A stretch of 64,000 bases of DNA from an uncultured Nitrososphaerales archaeon. GTDB taxonomy: Archaea > Thermoproteota > Nitrososphaeria > Nitrososphaerales > Nitrososphaeraceae. The notes under the pieces are model-generated. The model saw only the letters and a list, made by a program, of their open reading frames with translations. It was not told the origin of the DNA and searched no databases. Below are positions 34,992-45,236 of this stretch, piece by piece; the first letter of the stretch is position 1, and every line of letters starts with the position of its first letter. The stretch is from NCBI GenBank assembly GCA_963713605.1, contig CAVQMO010000015.1, positions 32,001 to 96,000 on the forward strand, in the 5' to 3' direction. Position numbers and translations under genes: made by a program.

Positions 34992-35939
34992 GTGGTACTG
35001 CCCCATAGTGAATTCCTTTCCTATAAACAGGGTATGGATTTACCGCGAAGCAGCTATATTCGCCCTTTTCCGTTTGTTAAATGGGCAGGTGGTAAAACAC
35101 AGTTATTAAGTAAGATTCACCAGTTTATCCCAACAGATTTCAAACGTTACTTTGAACCCTTCCTCGGAGGGGCCGCGTTATTCTTTTACCTGAATTCGAA
35201 TAGAAATCATCAGTTTGAAGCATTTTTAACAGATATAAATACAGAATTAATCAATGCCTATCTAGTTGTTAAGACGGATATTGAGCTTCTGATTCAAGTC
35301 CTCTCCTCTTATCAGAAAGAGTTCAAGAAGACACGTTCGGCTTTTTATTATGGTATACGAAATAACGCTGAAAAGTATGTTACGAATAGGACAGAGCAAG
35401 CCGCAAGGTTCATTTTTCTTAATAAAACATGCTATAATGGACTTTATAGGGTCAATTCTCAAGGCAAATTTAATGTTCCAATAGGACGTTATAACAATCC
35501 TCTTATTTGTGACAGCCAAAATCTGCGGAACGTGAGTTTAGCATTGCAGAGATCAAGAGTGCAGTCAAGGCTTGCGATTATAGAGATGTGCTTGAAAATG
35601 CAGAGCGAGGCGATTTTGTGTATCTTGACCCTCCATACAATCCAACGAAGCAGCACAGCAAATTTCACGAGTTATACTAACTCGGGATTTAAATCTGAAG
35701 ACCAACAAAGACTAGCAGAAATTTTCAGAATACTTACCAATAGGAAATGTAAGGTCCTACTCAGCAATTCAGATACTCCTAAAATTAGAAAATTGTATAG
35801 TGATTCCGACTATACGATAGAGAGAGTCGAGGTCTTAAGAAGTATCAATTCAAATGCCTCAAGACGTGTTGGTCATAGAGAATTGTTGATACGTAACTTT
35901 CAGCTAAGCCGGAGTGTGTTGGAAGCGTACGGCCAATAG
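34992..35939 (+). CDS. Dam/D12-class N6-adenine DNA methyltransferase
   Basis: PFVKWAGGK, YFEPFLGGAA, FLNKTCYNGLYRVN..FNVP, LLSNS; VYLDPPY lies in the -1 frame at 35618-35638. Confidence 0.9.
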   Translation: MVLPHSEFLSYKQGMDLPRSSYIRPFPFVKWAGGKTQLLSKIHQFIPTDFKRYFEPFLGGAALFFYLNSNRNHQFEAFLTDINTELINAYLVVKTDIELLIQVLSSYQKEFKKTRSAFYYGIRNNAEKYVTNRTEQAARFIFLNKTCYNGLYRVNSQGKFNVPIGRYNNPLICDSQNLRNVSLALQRSRVQSRLAIIEMCLKMQSEAILCILTLHTIQRSSTANFTSYTNSGFKSEDQQRLAEIFRILTNRKCKVLLSNSDTPKIRKLYSDSDYTIERVEVLRSINSNASRRVGHRELLIRNFQLSRSVLEAYGQ

Positions 35940-37220
35940 CAATTTAAACAGAAGTAGAAATATAGAAAAATGGGATGATATCATTGCCCGCCTATCCATA
36001 GATATAAAACAACCTATGACAAGTATTTCACCTTCTCTTATCCGCCAAATATCAGGAATAGACGCACGATTAATGGCCAAGATGGACACTATTGAGAGTT
36101 TGCCAAAAATATTTAGAGATAATAATCTGTTTCTGATACCCCTAAGCGTTAAAGAGTATGCTATTGTAAAAGGGAACGGATATCACAAGCTAGAACCAAT
36201 AGACAAGAAGCCAATAAGCCATTACACGGATAAACCATTCCCCGTTTCTGCAGAAAATAGTAAAGGAGAAGCAGCTTATTTAGACTACTCATATTCTAGC
36301 GGTCTTCTTGAAAGAGTGATGGGTACAACTAAGCTTGATAGGGGGTTTCATGGGAAACGAAGAACTACAACTTTCAAATTCTATATTGATAGTCTTCCAG
36401 TTACAGTTTTTAATGCTCAAATAGAAGTCGATGAAAGTAATGAAACAGAAACGGAAATAATAATATTTGAAGCCAAGAAGGGAATTCCTATGTTATTTAA
36501 TATACGTCAGCTTTATTATCCATACAGGACGTTTATTAATTTCAAATCTACAAGACTTTTTCTCTTTTCTTTTGATAAAAAAGAAAAAGAGTATCTTTTC
36601 TGGGAATATGTGTTCAATCCATATGATAGGTTTGAGGCTATTACTTTAGTGAATGCTAGTAAATACAAGATTAGATTCAAGAGAAAAAGATGTCAATCAA
36701 GCCATATCTCGATGTGAAACCGGTAAACTCGAAGTTAGATATTCCCCAGGCTGACGATATTAACAAGATTTTATTTTTTCCCCTTAAAGTTTCAGAGGGT
36801 TATGACACTTCGGCAAAAATAGGGGAGCTTTTTGGATTTGTAAGAAGAGAAAGTAACTATTACCGTCAAGCATGTGAAATACTTGGTCTGATATGGAGTT
36901 ATAATGGCATATTTTATCTTACAAACAGAGGAGAAGAATATTTGAAACTTTCGGCAGAAGAGAAATCCCGCTTTATAGGTCAATTATTGCTTGATTTTCC
37001 AATAATGAACGAGATATTCTTAAATGTTATCATGAAACATAATAAGTTTATTTCTATTGAAAATATTATTCAACTAATCAAAAAAAGATCGTATCTCAAG
37101 GGAACCACTTTGGGAAGAAGAGTCAGAACAATAGTGAGCTGGTTCAGATGGATAAGGAATAATTTGGGGCTGATAGAGGTGGATAGGGCAGGAAATATTA
37201 GTTCAAGAGTATCTATCTGA
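35914..37220 (+). CDS. Putative type II restriction endonuclease (PD-(D/E)xK core, C-terminal wHTH; DUF6997-like), frameshift near 36685
   Basis: RLMAKMD, QIEVDE..IFEAKK..FNIRQLYYPYR, IPQADD, TTLGRRVRTIVSW; overlaps the MTase end. Confidence 0.75.
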
Positions 37221-37232
37221 CTTGCGCGTAAT

Positions 37233-37558
37233 ATGAAATGTCTATCTTTAAGGCATGATACAAATTACTCAAATAGACTAGGAGTGCACATACAAAGAAT
37301 TTTAGTAAAGAATAATTTGAAGGGTAGATGGGCTAGCCTAACAAGGAAGGGAGCAATCAATTTCAATATGAATTTGATAAAAAGCTTCCTCAAGATGTGA
37401 TTGACTACATTGTACTTCATGAAATATGTCATTTAAAAATCAAAGGTCATTCACATCACTACTGGGATTTAGTTTATCGAAATATGCCTGATTACCAGGA
37501 TAAAATCGGTTGGCTTAATACTAATGGGAGAATGCTAGTTAACTATAATGACACATAG
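37233..37558 (+). pseudogene. Chimeric remnant: ASCH first 7 codons fused to M48/YgjP C-terminal half
   Basis: MKCLSLR then KGRWASL..INFN..IDYIVLHEICHL..HSHHYW (HExxH). Confidence 0.8.
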
Positions 37559-38140
37559 GATAATCATGAATTCTCAAATGATTACATAAGAGGATTAGAG
37601 TGAATTCGAGGATGGCGGGTAGAGAAACATGGAGCAATATAATTACAAGTAATCATCAAAATTCTATCGAACTGTTAATCGTCACATTCACCACATTATC
37701 ATGCCGATTGGGTCATGACTTAAAGAAAAGATGTCGAAATAGTGTAAAAGTTGTAAATTCATGAGAGGACATAAAAGTTGTAAATCCATGAGAAGTTATT
37801 AAAGCTTACAGAAGCCATAATAATATCTGGGCAGTATGTGTCAGATGGCGCAACAACTTTTTTGGTGTTCTACAGATTCAAGAGTATGAACAGTGAAGAA
37901 GCAAGTAAAGGTCAAATCTGAGTGGAGTGACCTGAGGAATAATTTGCCGTCAGGAATAGAACTGATTGGCGAATACTGATCATGCATGGGGAACTGAGTA
38001 TAATGGGTTTCTGCTGTTTGAGTCAGAATCTAGTGATGCATTTCTTGATTGGTGGTCAAGATTTAAGGACAAAGTTAGATGGTATATAGAACAAGACGCA
38101 TACGATAGCTGCTAAATACGTTAGTTTGTTGAACCATCTA

Positions 38141-38306
38141 TTATTACTATTAGTTATGTTAGTATCTATTAAATTAATGTATCTAGTTATCGCTTCAAGT
38201 ATAACTATGTGATCTTAGAAGTATCCATTTTACTAGAAGAATGAACTCGATATTTGGAGATTTCCTTGATTAAGTTTAGATACTGCAATCCCGTAATGTT
38301 CGTTAA
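38141..38306. repeat. Copy 3 of conserved non-coding element (direct repeat of ~32762-32920)
   Basis: Identical TCAAGTATAACTATGTGATCTTAGAAGTATCCATTTTACTAGAAG core and similar flanks. Confidence 0.8.
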
Positions 38307-38374
38307 GACGCGAGCGTATAGAGAACCTATCCGTAATTAAGCTTCCTTCTATAAATTTCTATATTCTGTCTGCT

Positions 38375-38487
38375 TTTTGACTTAAAGTGAAGTATTCAGC
38401 TCGGCTACAACTTAAAGGGAAGTTGACTTGTTTTGACTTAAAGGGAAGTTGACTTGTTTTGACTTAAAGGAATATTCAGCTGGCTAC
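38375..38487. repeat. Short tandem array: 4 x CTTAAAG, 26-bp unit x2
   Basis: CTTAAAG at 38381, 38411, 38437 and 38463. Confidence 0.85.
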
Positions 38488-38820
38488 TACATTTGACGAT
38501 CCGACACTTCAGAATGTAACAATGAGAGCATTGCTTACTGATGGTCAAAAGAATCTGCCATTATCAGATCCAATTGAAAGGCGAGCATTGGCCTAGGAGA
38601 GATCAAACCAAAAGTAATTTCATCTGCGCTGAAGTAGTAGACGAGGGGAATCACAAAACTTTTGACATTATTTAATTTCTCTTATCATGTTGCTCCTAGT
38701 ATTAAAATACAAGAGCTTCCATGTATTTTACGCTCTGTCAATCTAATGATTAGAAATAAGAAGAGAAAAAGATTTGAGTTCTTGTTATACGTCTATTCAG
38801 ACAGAAGTTGAGCTTTTCTA

Positions 38821-39225
38821 TTACTCACTGGCTTCTCCTCCTCCACCACCTTCACTGCCTGTATCATCTGTACTGGTGGTATCTTCATCGCTGGGAGGAC
38901 TATCAGATGAAGTAGGTGCAGGACCCGTTCCAGTAGCTGTTCCCGTATTATATATTGGAGCAAAGCAATCTCTTATTTGTTGTTCGGAAACGGTTCCATC
39001 CACTTCAGGAGCAGAAAGACAGGATTGAAAATCCTGATAATCCTGACTTGCTGAACTAGTGTCTTCGCCTGCTGAACTAGTGTCTTCGCCTGCTGAACTA
39101 GTGTCTTCGCCTGTTTCATCAGACTGAGCTAGTGATGGAAGAACATAATTCATACTTGCTGGTACCATCAGTACTAATACGATTGTTGCTATTACACTTG
39201 TACCTAGAGTTTTTTTCTTATTCAT
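38821..39225 (-). CDS. Secreted acidic protein with GEDTSSA x3 and a Cys pair
   Basis: Signal peptide; 21-bp tandem repeats at ~39050-39111. Confidence 0.7.
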   Translation of the reverse strand: MNKKKTLGTSVIATIVLVLMVPASMNYVLPSLAQSDETGEDTSSAGEDTSSAGEDTSSASQDYQDFQSCLSAPEVDGTVSEQQIRDCFAPIYNTGTATGTGPAPTSSDSPPSDEDTTSTDDTGSEGGGGGEASE

Positions 39226-39431
39226 TGCTCAATGATTATCCGTAATCTATATAATTGGTGCTGTTCAAAAGCTTGGGAAAGGATATTAGATATTATTGAC
39301 AAGAATCGCCTTTCATGCACACATAAAGGAAATTTTGTTTGAAACTTTTTAATGCCATCATTCTTAATCCCGTCAATTAGAATATTCAAAAAAATATGAA
39401 TTAGGGTTGGCGAAAGAGTAGACTGCAACTG

Positions 39432-39815
39432 CTAGTATTGTTTTGATTGTGTTTGTTGCAGGCTATCTCTGAGTTGTGTAAATGTTTTATTCATCATCAA
39501 ATGTTGCAATATTACTTGCATCGTCCTACAACTACTCCCACCCTCACAGCCATTAGTTTCTTGTTCAATATCTTGGCTTGCATCACTGTTGTCAGAACCG
39601 TCATTAGATGCTTGGTTGTTGCATTGCGTTCCGTCTGCACATTCTTCATTTTTCTGCTCATTAGTCTTTTCCGAGAAACTATCGAACGCACCGAATACAA
39701 ATCCTATGTTTTCAGCTTCATTACTGCATTGTGTTTCATCTTTGCAATCTTTATTATCTTGTCGATTCTCCATATCAAGTCTACTGTTTCCCGTTTGAAC
39801 GTCAGGCTCTAACAT
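39432..39815 (-). pseudogene. Remnant of CxxxxxCxNxA-repeat protein
   Basis: CKDETQCSNEA, CADGTQCNNQA, CEGGSSC; no signal peptide, frameshifted tail. Confidence 0.5.
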
Positions 39816-39930
39816 ATTTCAGAACTGTCTTCGTCACACCATGAGCGTCTGAAAGATATGATCCCGCTGGGCCTCCCAAGATAATTAGAAAAGGTATACG
39901 AATTTACTAGAACCTTTAAGTCTGGATTTA

Positions 39931-40305
39931 CTAGACTATTCCCCAAGGATTATCAATGATAATGCGCCATGTACCGTCGGACTGTTGACGAAGGACGTCT
40001 GTAGCAGTTCCAGTAAGATTAACAGGATTCCCGTCAGTTCCTGTTCCATTGAATGACCATTCACTGATTGCTAGAGCAAGGTTACTTGTCTGAAATACCC
40101 TCTTTACTTTTGATTCTAACTTGCCTTTCATGTTGACAAAACCTTGTAGATTCTGGTGTATGCCTCGTTGACCTTTGACAATTTGACCTGGTTGAGAAGC
40201 GAAACATGCCTCAGGTTCATATAGCATCATTAAAGATTCTATGTTTCCTGTATTCATATTCTCTACAATGGAATGTAGTGCCTCTTCAGGTGTGTGATTA
40301 GACAT
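39931..40305 (-). CDS. NTF2/SnoaL-like (DUF4440/YybH) protein
   Basis: LYEPEA..TDVLRQQSDGTWRIIIDNPW. Confidence 0.88.
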   Translation of the reverse strand: MSNHTPEEALHSIVENMNTGNIESLMMLYEPEACFASQPGQIVKGQRGIHQNLQGFVNMKGKLESKVKRVFQTSNLALAISEWSFNGTGTDGNPVNLTGTATDVLRQQSDGTWRIIIDNPWGIV

Positions 40306-40412
40306 TTAATGGTCCTAGTTTTAACACGCTTTAAGTTCGTTTCTTTGATTACTTATCATAATTTAAGATGGTAATTCAAGATGGTATGCATGAATAAGTT
40401 TTAGCTATCGAA

Positions 40413-40970
40413 TCACTTCATCATCATACCACTTGTTGAATTTGATATTTGTCCACGGATTTCTCCATCTGGATATTGAGTTGTATGAACATTTACATAT
40501 AATCCCATAGAATGCATAGAACTTAGGAGCTCAGAAAGTTGTTTGCCAGCAAGTGGTCCTTGAAGATTATCAGCAGTTATATCCCCTTCAGAGAGGAGGC
40601 CAGAAACCATTTTCGGTGTGGGAATATCAGGTTTAAACAATGTTATTACAATAGGTCCGTTTTGGCCTTGTTTACCACTGTGAATGTGAGCTGCTGTGAC
40701 ATTATCTATATCTGTTACATTCAAAGTATAAGTTACTGTATTCTCATTTAATATTGGTCTAAATTCAGCTAATCCAGTAGCATTCGTTTCTATTGGGGGT
40801 ATTTCCATATTGCCGAAGAGCTTGGCAGTAAATTGCTGTTCAGTTACTCCTGCAGTAGCAAACACAGGAGTTAAGAAATTGGTTATAGCACCAGTTTCTA
40901 CTATCATTATTATCTGTATAATTAGAGCTATTGGTATCACAGTAGAACATCCAAAAATCATATTTACCAT
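40413..40970 (-). CDS. CHRD domain protein
   Basis: AAHIHSG..NGP, YVNVHTTQYPDGEIRGQI. Confidence 0.92.
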   Translation of the reverse strand: MVNMIFGCSTVIPIALIIQIIMIVETGAITNFLTPVFATAGVTEQQFTAKLFGNMEIPPIETNATGLAEFRPILNENTVTYTLNVTDIDNVTAAHIHSGKQGQNGPIVITLFKPDIPTPKMVSGLLSEGDITADNLQGPLAGKQLSELLSSMHSMGLYVNVHTTQYPDGEIRGQISNSTSGMMMK

Positions 40971-41280
40971 CGTGTATGGAATAAGTAAGACAATTCAATA
41001 TTTAAAGGAATTTCACTTAAGCAATATCAATACATTACCGCAATACGATCCATGCTTCGATGTCGTTTCAGCACGGCAGATCTGAGTGGAGGTGATGATG
41101 CCGAGAAATTGTTTGAAGCAAGGATTAAAATGGGTGATTCTGAATTTGAGATATTTCCGAACTACTACAGAACTGAAAGGAATACTTTCAGATTATTTAG
41201 GCTAATTAACGTAGATGCATGTTTCATAGTGGGTCGAATAAATTGAACCTTTAAAATGTTTGTTGTGCTCGTATATACTG

Positions 41281-41496
41281 ATGACGAGAAGTTTCAACGA
41301 TTGGTGGAATGCTATCCCGTCTGACTTAAAAGAGAAAACTCATGAAGGCGGTGAAGGAAATAAACAATCACTTAACCAACTTAATCATACTCTGTTGCAT
41401 CTAGATTTGGCTGGCAGACACGATGCAAAACCATCTCACGAAGAACTCAAAGATTGGCTGCGTAGCGGTCAGGTAAATGTAGTCAGGGTGAAGTAA
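41281..41496 (+). CDS. Small conserved hypothetical protein
   Basis: MTRSFNDWWN..; supported by paralog remnant at 8911. Confidence 0.6.
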   Translation: MTRSFNDWWNAIPSDLKEKTHEGGEGNKQSLNQLNHTLLHLDLAGRHDAKPSHEELKDWLRSGQVNVVRVK

Positions 41497-41512
41497 ATTA
41501 CAACAATAGTAA

Positions 41513-42325
41513 TTACAGAAACACTGTACGCAGGTTCTCATTGAGGGAGTTGAGCAGCTTCATATCTTCTTCTTCAAGCTGAAAGTCAAATACTTGACTA
41601 TTCTCTCTGATTCGATTCTCTTGTTTAGATTTTGGAATTACAACTAGACCATGTTGTAAACTCCATCTAATTAGGATCTGTGCTGGGTTTTTATCATATT
41701 TTTTTGCCAGACCTTTTAGAGCAGGATGATTAAGCCTTTGACCTCTAGTCAATGGACTATATGCCTCTAGCTGAATGTTGCTATTTTTGCAGAATTCTAA
41801 CAACTTCTCTTGGTACAGAAACGGATGAAATTCAACCTGATTTACCGACGGTATAACATCAAAGTTTTGGAATATTTCTTGCAAGTGGGAAATCTCATAA
41901 TTGCTTACTCCAATAGCTCTAGTTTTGCCTTCCCTTAACAATTGAATCATAGCCTTCCAAGTTTCTTTGCTCTGGCCTTCAACTGGCCAGTGGATCAAGT
42001 ATAAGTCAACGTAAGTTAGTCCTAAACGCCTTAAACTTTTTTCACATGCTTTAAGAGTAGAATGATAACCTTGATCACTATTCCACACCTTTGTAGAAAT
42101 AAAGACCTCTTCTCTGTCTATCCCACTTTCTATGACAGCTTTGCCGACATCCCTTTCATTGTCGTATAGCCAAGCGGTATCTATATGTCTATAACCAATA
42201 TTCAGTGCATATCTTACTGCACGCAATGTAGGTTCTCCAGAAGGTGTTTGATAAACTCCTAAGCCTAGACGCGGAATCTCTACTCCAGTATTCAAGGTAA
42301 TACTGGATTGCAAAGTCAATTGCAT
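41513..42325 (-). CDS. Aldo/keto reductase
   Basis: GYRHIDTA.LY, STK, DLYLIHWP, AIGVSN, NQVEFHP, IPKS. Confidence 0.95.
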   Translation of the reverse strand: MQLTLQSSITLNTGVEIPRLGLGVYQTPSGEPTLRAVRYALNIGYRHIDTAWLYDNERDVGKAVIESGIDREEVFISTKVWNSDQGYHSTLKACEKSLRRLGLTYVDLYLIHWPVEGQSKETWKAMIQLLREGKTRAIGVSNYEISHLQEIFQNFDVIPSVNQVEFHPFLYQEKLLEFCKNSNIQLEAYSPLTRGQRLNHPALKGLAKKYDKNPAQILIRWSLQHGLVVIPKSKQENRIRENSQVFDFQLEEEDMKLLNSLNENLRTVFL

Positions 42326-42549
42326 AATGAAATATCGTATTAAGGAATCTACATAACTCTACCGGTCATATAACTATGCTATAGTAAAGTAGAAGACTCT
42401 CTAATGATTACCTTTGTTCCGTCTTTAATCTGGTTCAAAATATCGTCCTTATTAGAAGAATCTACAATCTCAACTTAATGTACAGAAAAAATAAAAAAGG
42501 AAGAAGTCAGTTTCAAGTACGGTCAAAGAATTCTATGTGTTATTAATGC

Positions 42550-42807
42550 TTACTTCCCATTATCGTTGCCGATTGCTGGGAATGTTTGTTGTGCTGTTAA
42601 TGCTACTCCGTTCTCGTCACCTTGAATCTGTGAACCAACATTCTGACATCCAACATTCAACGGTAGTTCACCATTGCCACAAGAATTCGCTTGTGAAGTT
42701 GCTTGGTTCTTATCAGATTGCATATGCACTGTCTGTTGTTGCAAGCGCTGTTGCTCCGACCAGAATAGCCGTTATTGCTCCACGATAACCAAATATTTGG
42801 TATTCAT
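42550..42807 (-). CDS. Small secreted Asn/Gln/Cys protein (frameshifted)
   Basis: MNTKYLVIV signal; KNQATSQANSCGNGELPLNVGCQNVGSQIQGDEN. Confidence 0.65.
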
Positions 42808-43025
42808 ACTTGGTACCAGCACGCGAGTTTTGCTTATTTACATTAGGTAAATTCAGACGCTCTCATAAATCTGATATGTTTTCTATTAGAACGAACAAGA
42901 AGCTAACGCATTGAAGAACTCTCTTCGTCATACCACGAACGTCTAAAAGGCATGATCTTACTTTACTTTTATGCTACAGAATCGAAAGGGGCCTTGATAA
43001 GGTAGCTACCAACTTACTCCATTCG

Positions 43026-43499
43026 TTAATAAGGAGCATAGGATAGATTCGGACGCTCCAATATTGCATTTGGTTCAAACGGAATATTTGAATCTATATT
43101 GATTACAGGCGCTATCAATATACACATTGTCATTGCCCTACCACCATCTCCACCATCTCCACCATCGCCGCCACCCTGAACGCCTTCGGGTAAATCATCT
43201 TTTGTAAGTTCGCGTCCAACATCTTCGCTATCATCACTATGAATGGATCTTGCGCTTTGAATTTCTCTATCATTGGTTTTTTTACTTGTATTATCAGTTG
43301 TGTCATATGGCTCGTCTTTATCCGTGATTTGAATGCCATCCTTACCCGCACTTCCTCCGTTACCCGCACTTCCTCCGTTACCCGCACTTCCTCCTTTACC
43401 ACCGTTACTAATACAATTTTGGTCTGGGAAAGTAGCAGCATTTGTTGTATCTAATATAGAAATTTCTAAAAGACCTAAAGTAGTAACTAATGACACCAT
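43026..43499 (-). CDS. Secreted Gly-rich (GxGG/GGD repeat) protein
   Basis: GGKGGSAGNGGSAGNGGSAG (18-bp repeats) and GGDGGDGGDGG. Confidence 0.65.
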   Translation of the reverse strand: MVSLVTTLGLLEISILDTTNAATFPDQNCISNGGKGGSAGNGGSAGNGGSAGKDGIQITDKDEPYDTTDNTSKKTNDREIQSARSIHSDDSEDVGRELTKDDLPEGVQGGGDGGDGGDGGRAMTMCILIAPVINIDSNIPFEPNAILERPNLSYAPY

Positions 43500-43807
43500 A
43501 ATACTAGAGCCTAATTAGCAGTAATCTCAATTTCATAATTCGGTAATTGAATATATAATAATAATATATTTGGGTTGATTTAGTTTAATCTTAATTTTGT
43601 AAGCGCGAAAATATCAATAGAATTGGTAGCAATCTGAATCGGATACAGGAGGAGAATAGTAAGAAGCAGAGAGTAAGAAAAAGCTGTATAGGACCATAGT
43701 TATAAGCGCCATCTGAAGGTGTATCTGGTCATCTGAGGTCAACCAAGAAAAAGCTCTGAATATACCTATCGTAAAAAAAAAGAAGTTTGTTGAAATTCTA
43801 TTTATGG

Positions 43808-44290
43808 TTATTCTCGCTGATTTCTAGCTTGACAGAAATGACCTAGGCACTTGTCATTTCCATCCCAATGACGGTCACTGCCGATGATGGCGTCACCTCC
43901 ATCGCCACCATCTCCGCCCCTACCACCGTTGCCACTATGATCACCATTACCTGTACGATGTTCATTACTACCTGTATGCCGGCTACAGTCTCGCCCAATG
44001 TTCTTACCTGATTGATCGAATGTTGGTTCGCCTTCTATTCCGCTCGAATCTGTTATTACCGCATAACAATCGCCTGAACGACCAATTACGCCACCAAAAG
44101 CGTCACCGGTATCTCCACCTCTGCCACCATCACCACCTCTGCCACCATCACCACCAGTTGCGATACATATACTTGCATCACCACATACACCTGCGAACGC
44201 AGTTTGTATCCACATTGTAGTCACACTACTACTTACAATCAATACTCCCAAAATTCCTAATGATAGTACGTGTAGATTCTTATTTATCAT
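43808..44290 (-). CDS. Secreted Gly-rich (GGDGGR repeat) protein
   Basis: Signal ending TAFA; GGDGGRGGDGGR repeats; Cys pairs. Confidence 0.7.
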   Translation of the reverse strand: MINKNLHVLSLGILGVLIVSSSVTTMWIQTAFAGVCGDASICIATGGDGGRGGDGGRGGDTGDAFGGVIGRSGDCYAVITDSSGIEGEPTFDQSGKNIGRDCSRHTGSNEHRTGNGDHSGNGGRGGDGGDGGDAIIGSDRHWDGNDKCLGHFCQARNQRE

Positions 44291-44723
44291 TGAAGAGCAA
44301 TAATAATGGGTATTATTTACACATTTTATTAATGTTATATATATAAAAACTACATTAGATATGTATGCACTTTTTATGCTAAGAAATAATCATTTCCTGA
44401 ATCATTTATGAACTTTCCATCTATCGCGATTATGAGGTCAACTGATTTTTGTATTGAAGTCAGACATCTTTGTAGCCCTTTTTCATCATCAAAAAATACA
44501 ATTCCAGCAGCAATTGTCACTGATTTATTATTCATAGACTAAAGGATCTTCTAACATACTGGCAAAAATACTTTCCATCAACGTACGTGTATATCTATTA
44601 TCTATTATTCTTGAATAACAGTAGAGCATTTTGTTTTGTGGAAAATATTTTAAGGTCTATTCTTAAGATATTATTTACTTCCCACTTCATAGTATGTCAG
44701 AACCTTATAGTTAGTCATGTTAA

Positions 44724-45236
44724 ATGAATATGTCAAAAACGCGATTTACATATATTCTATCCATATACAGGCAGATGAATACTAGAACTCTTACATGTTT
44801 TATATCAGGAATAGCAGTACTTTTGATTTTTGCAACAAGTCTTCATCTGCTTTCATCAATGGTACAATCACAAGAGGAGGAGGAAAATGATGGTGAAGAT
44901 GGTGAAGGAGGAGGGGAAACCACACCGTCACCCACTGCTACAATTGTGAATAGCAAGTACCTTACATTATCGGGTGTTTCATTTAATGAAGTAGACGATC
45001 AAGTTACCATATCAGGAAATGTATCTAATATATCCTCAGATCAATCTCTTAATAATATAATAATAGTCGGAGAACTCTATGATGCCGAGAACACGTTAAT
45101 AACTGCGGCTACCGGCACAGGAGGTCTGGCTAACCTTCAACCAGGACAGCAATCTGCATTTACTATGACCACAAATATTCCTTCGGAGGATGAGGTTACT
45201 CGATATACAGTATTACCGGGTGGATCTGTTGGTTAA
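44724..45236 (+). CDS. FxLYD domain secreted protein
   Basis: ISGNVSN..GELYDAEN..LQPGQQSAF. Confidence 0.8.
   Translation: MNMSKTRFTYILSIYRQMNTRTLTCFISGIAVLLIFATSLHLLSSMVQSQEEEENDGEDGEGGGETTPSPTATIVNSKYLTLSGVSFNEVDDQVTISGNVSNISSDQSLNNIIIVGELYDAENTLITAATGTGGLANLQPGQQSAFTMTTNIPSEDEVTRYTVLPGGSVG

Noticed and set aside
38375..38487. Possible mini CRISPR array
   Set aside because: Units are tandem with no unique spacers, and there are no cas genes
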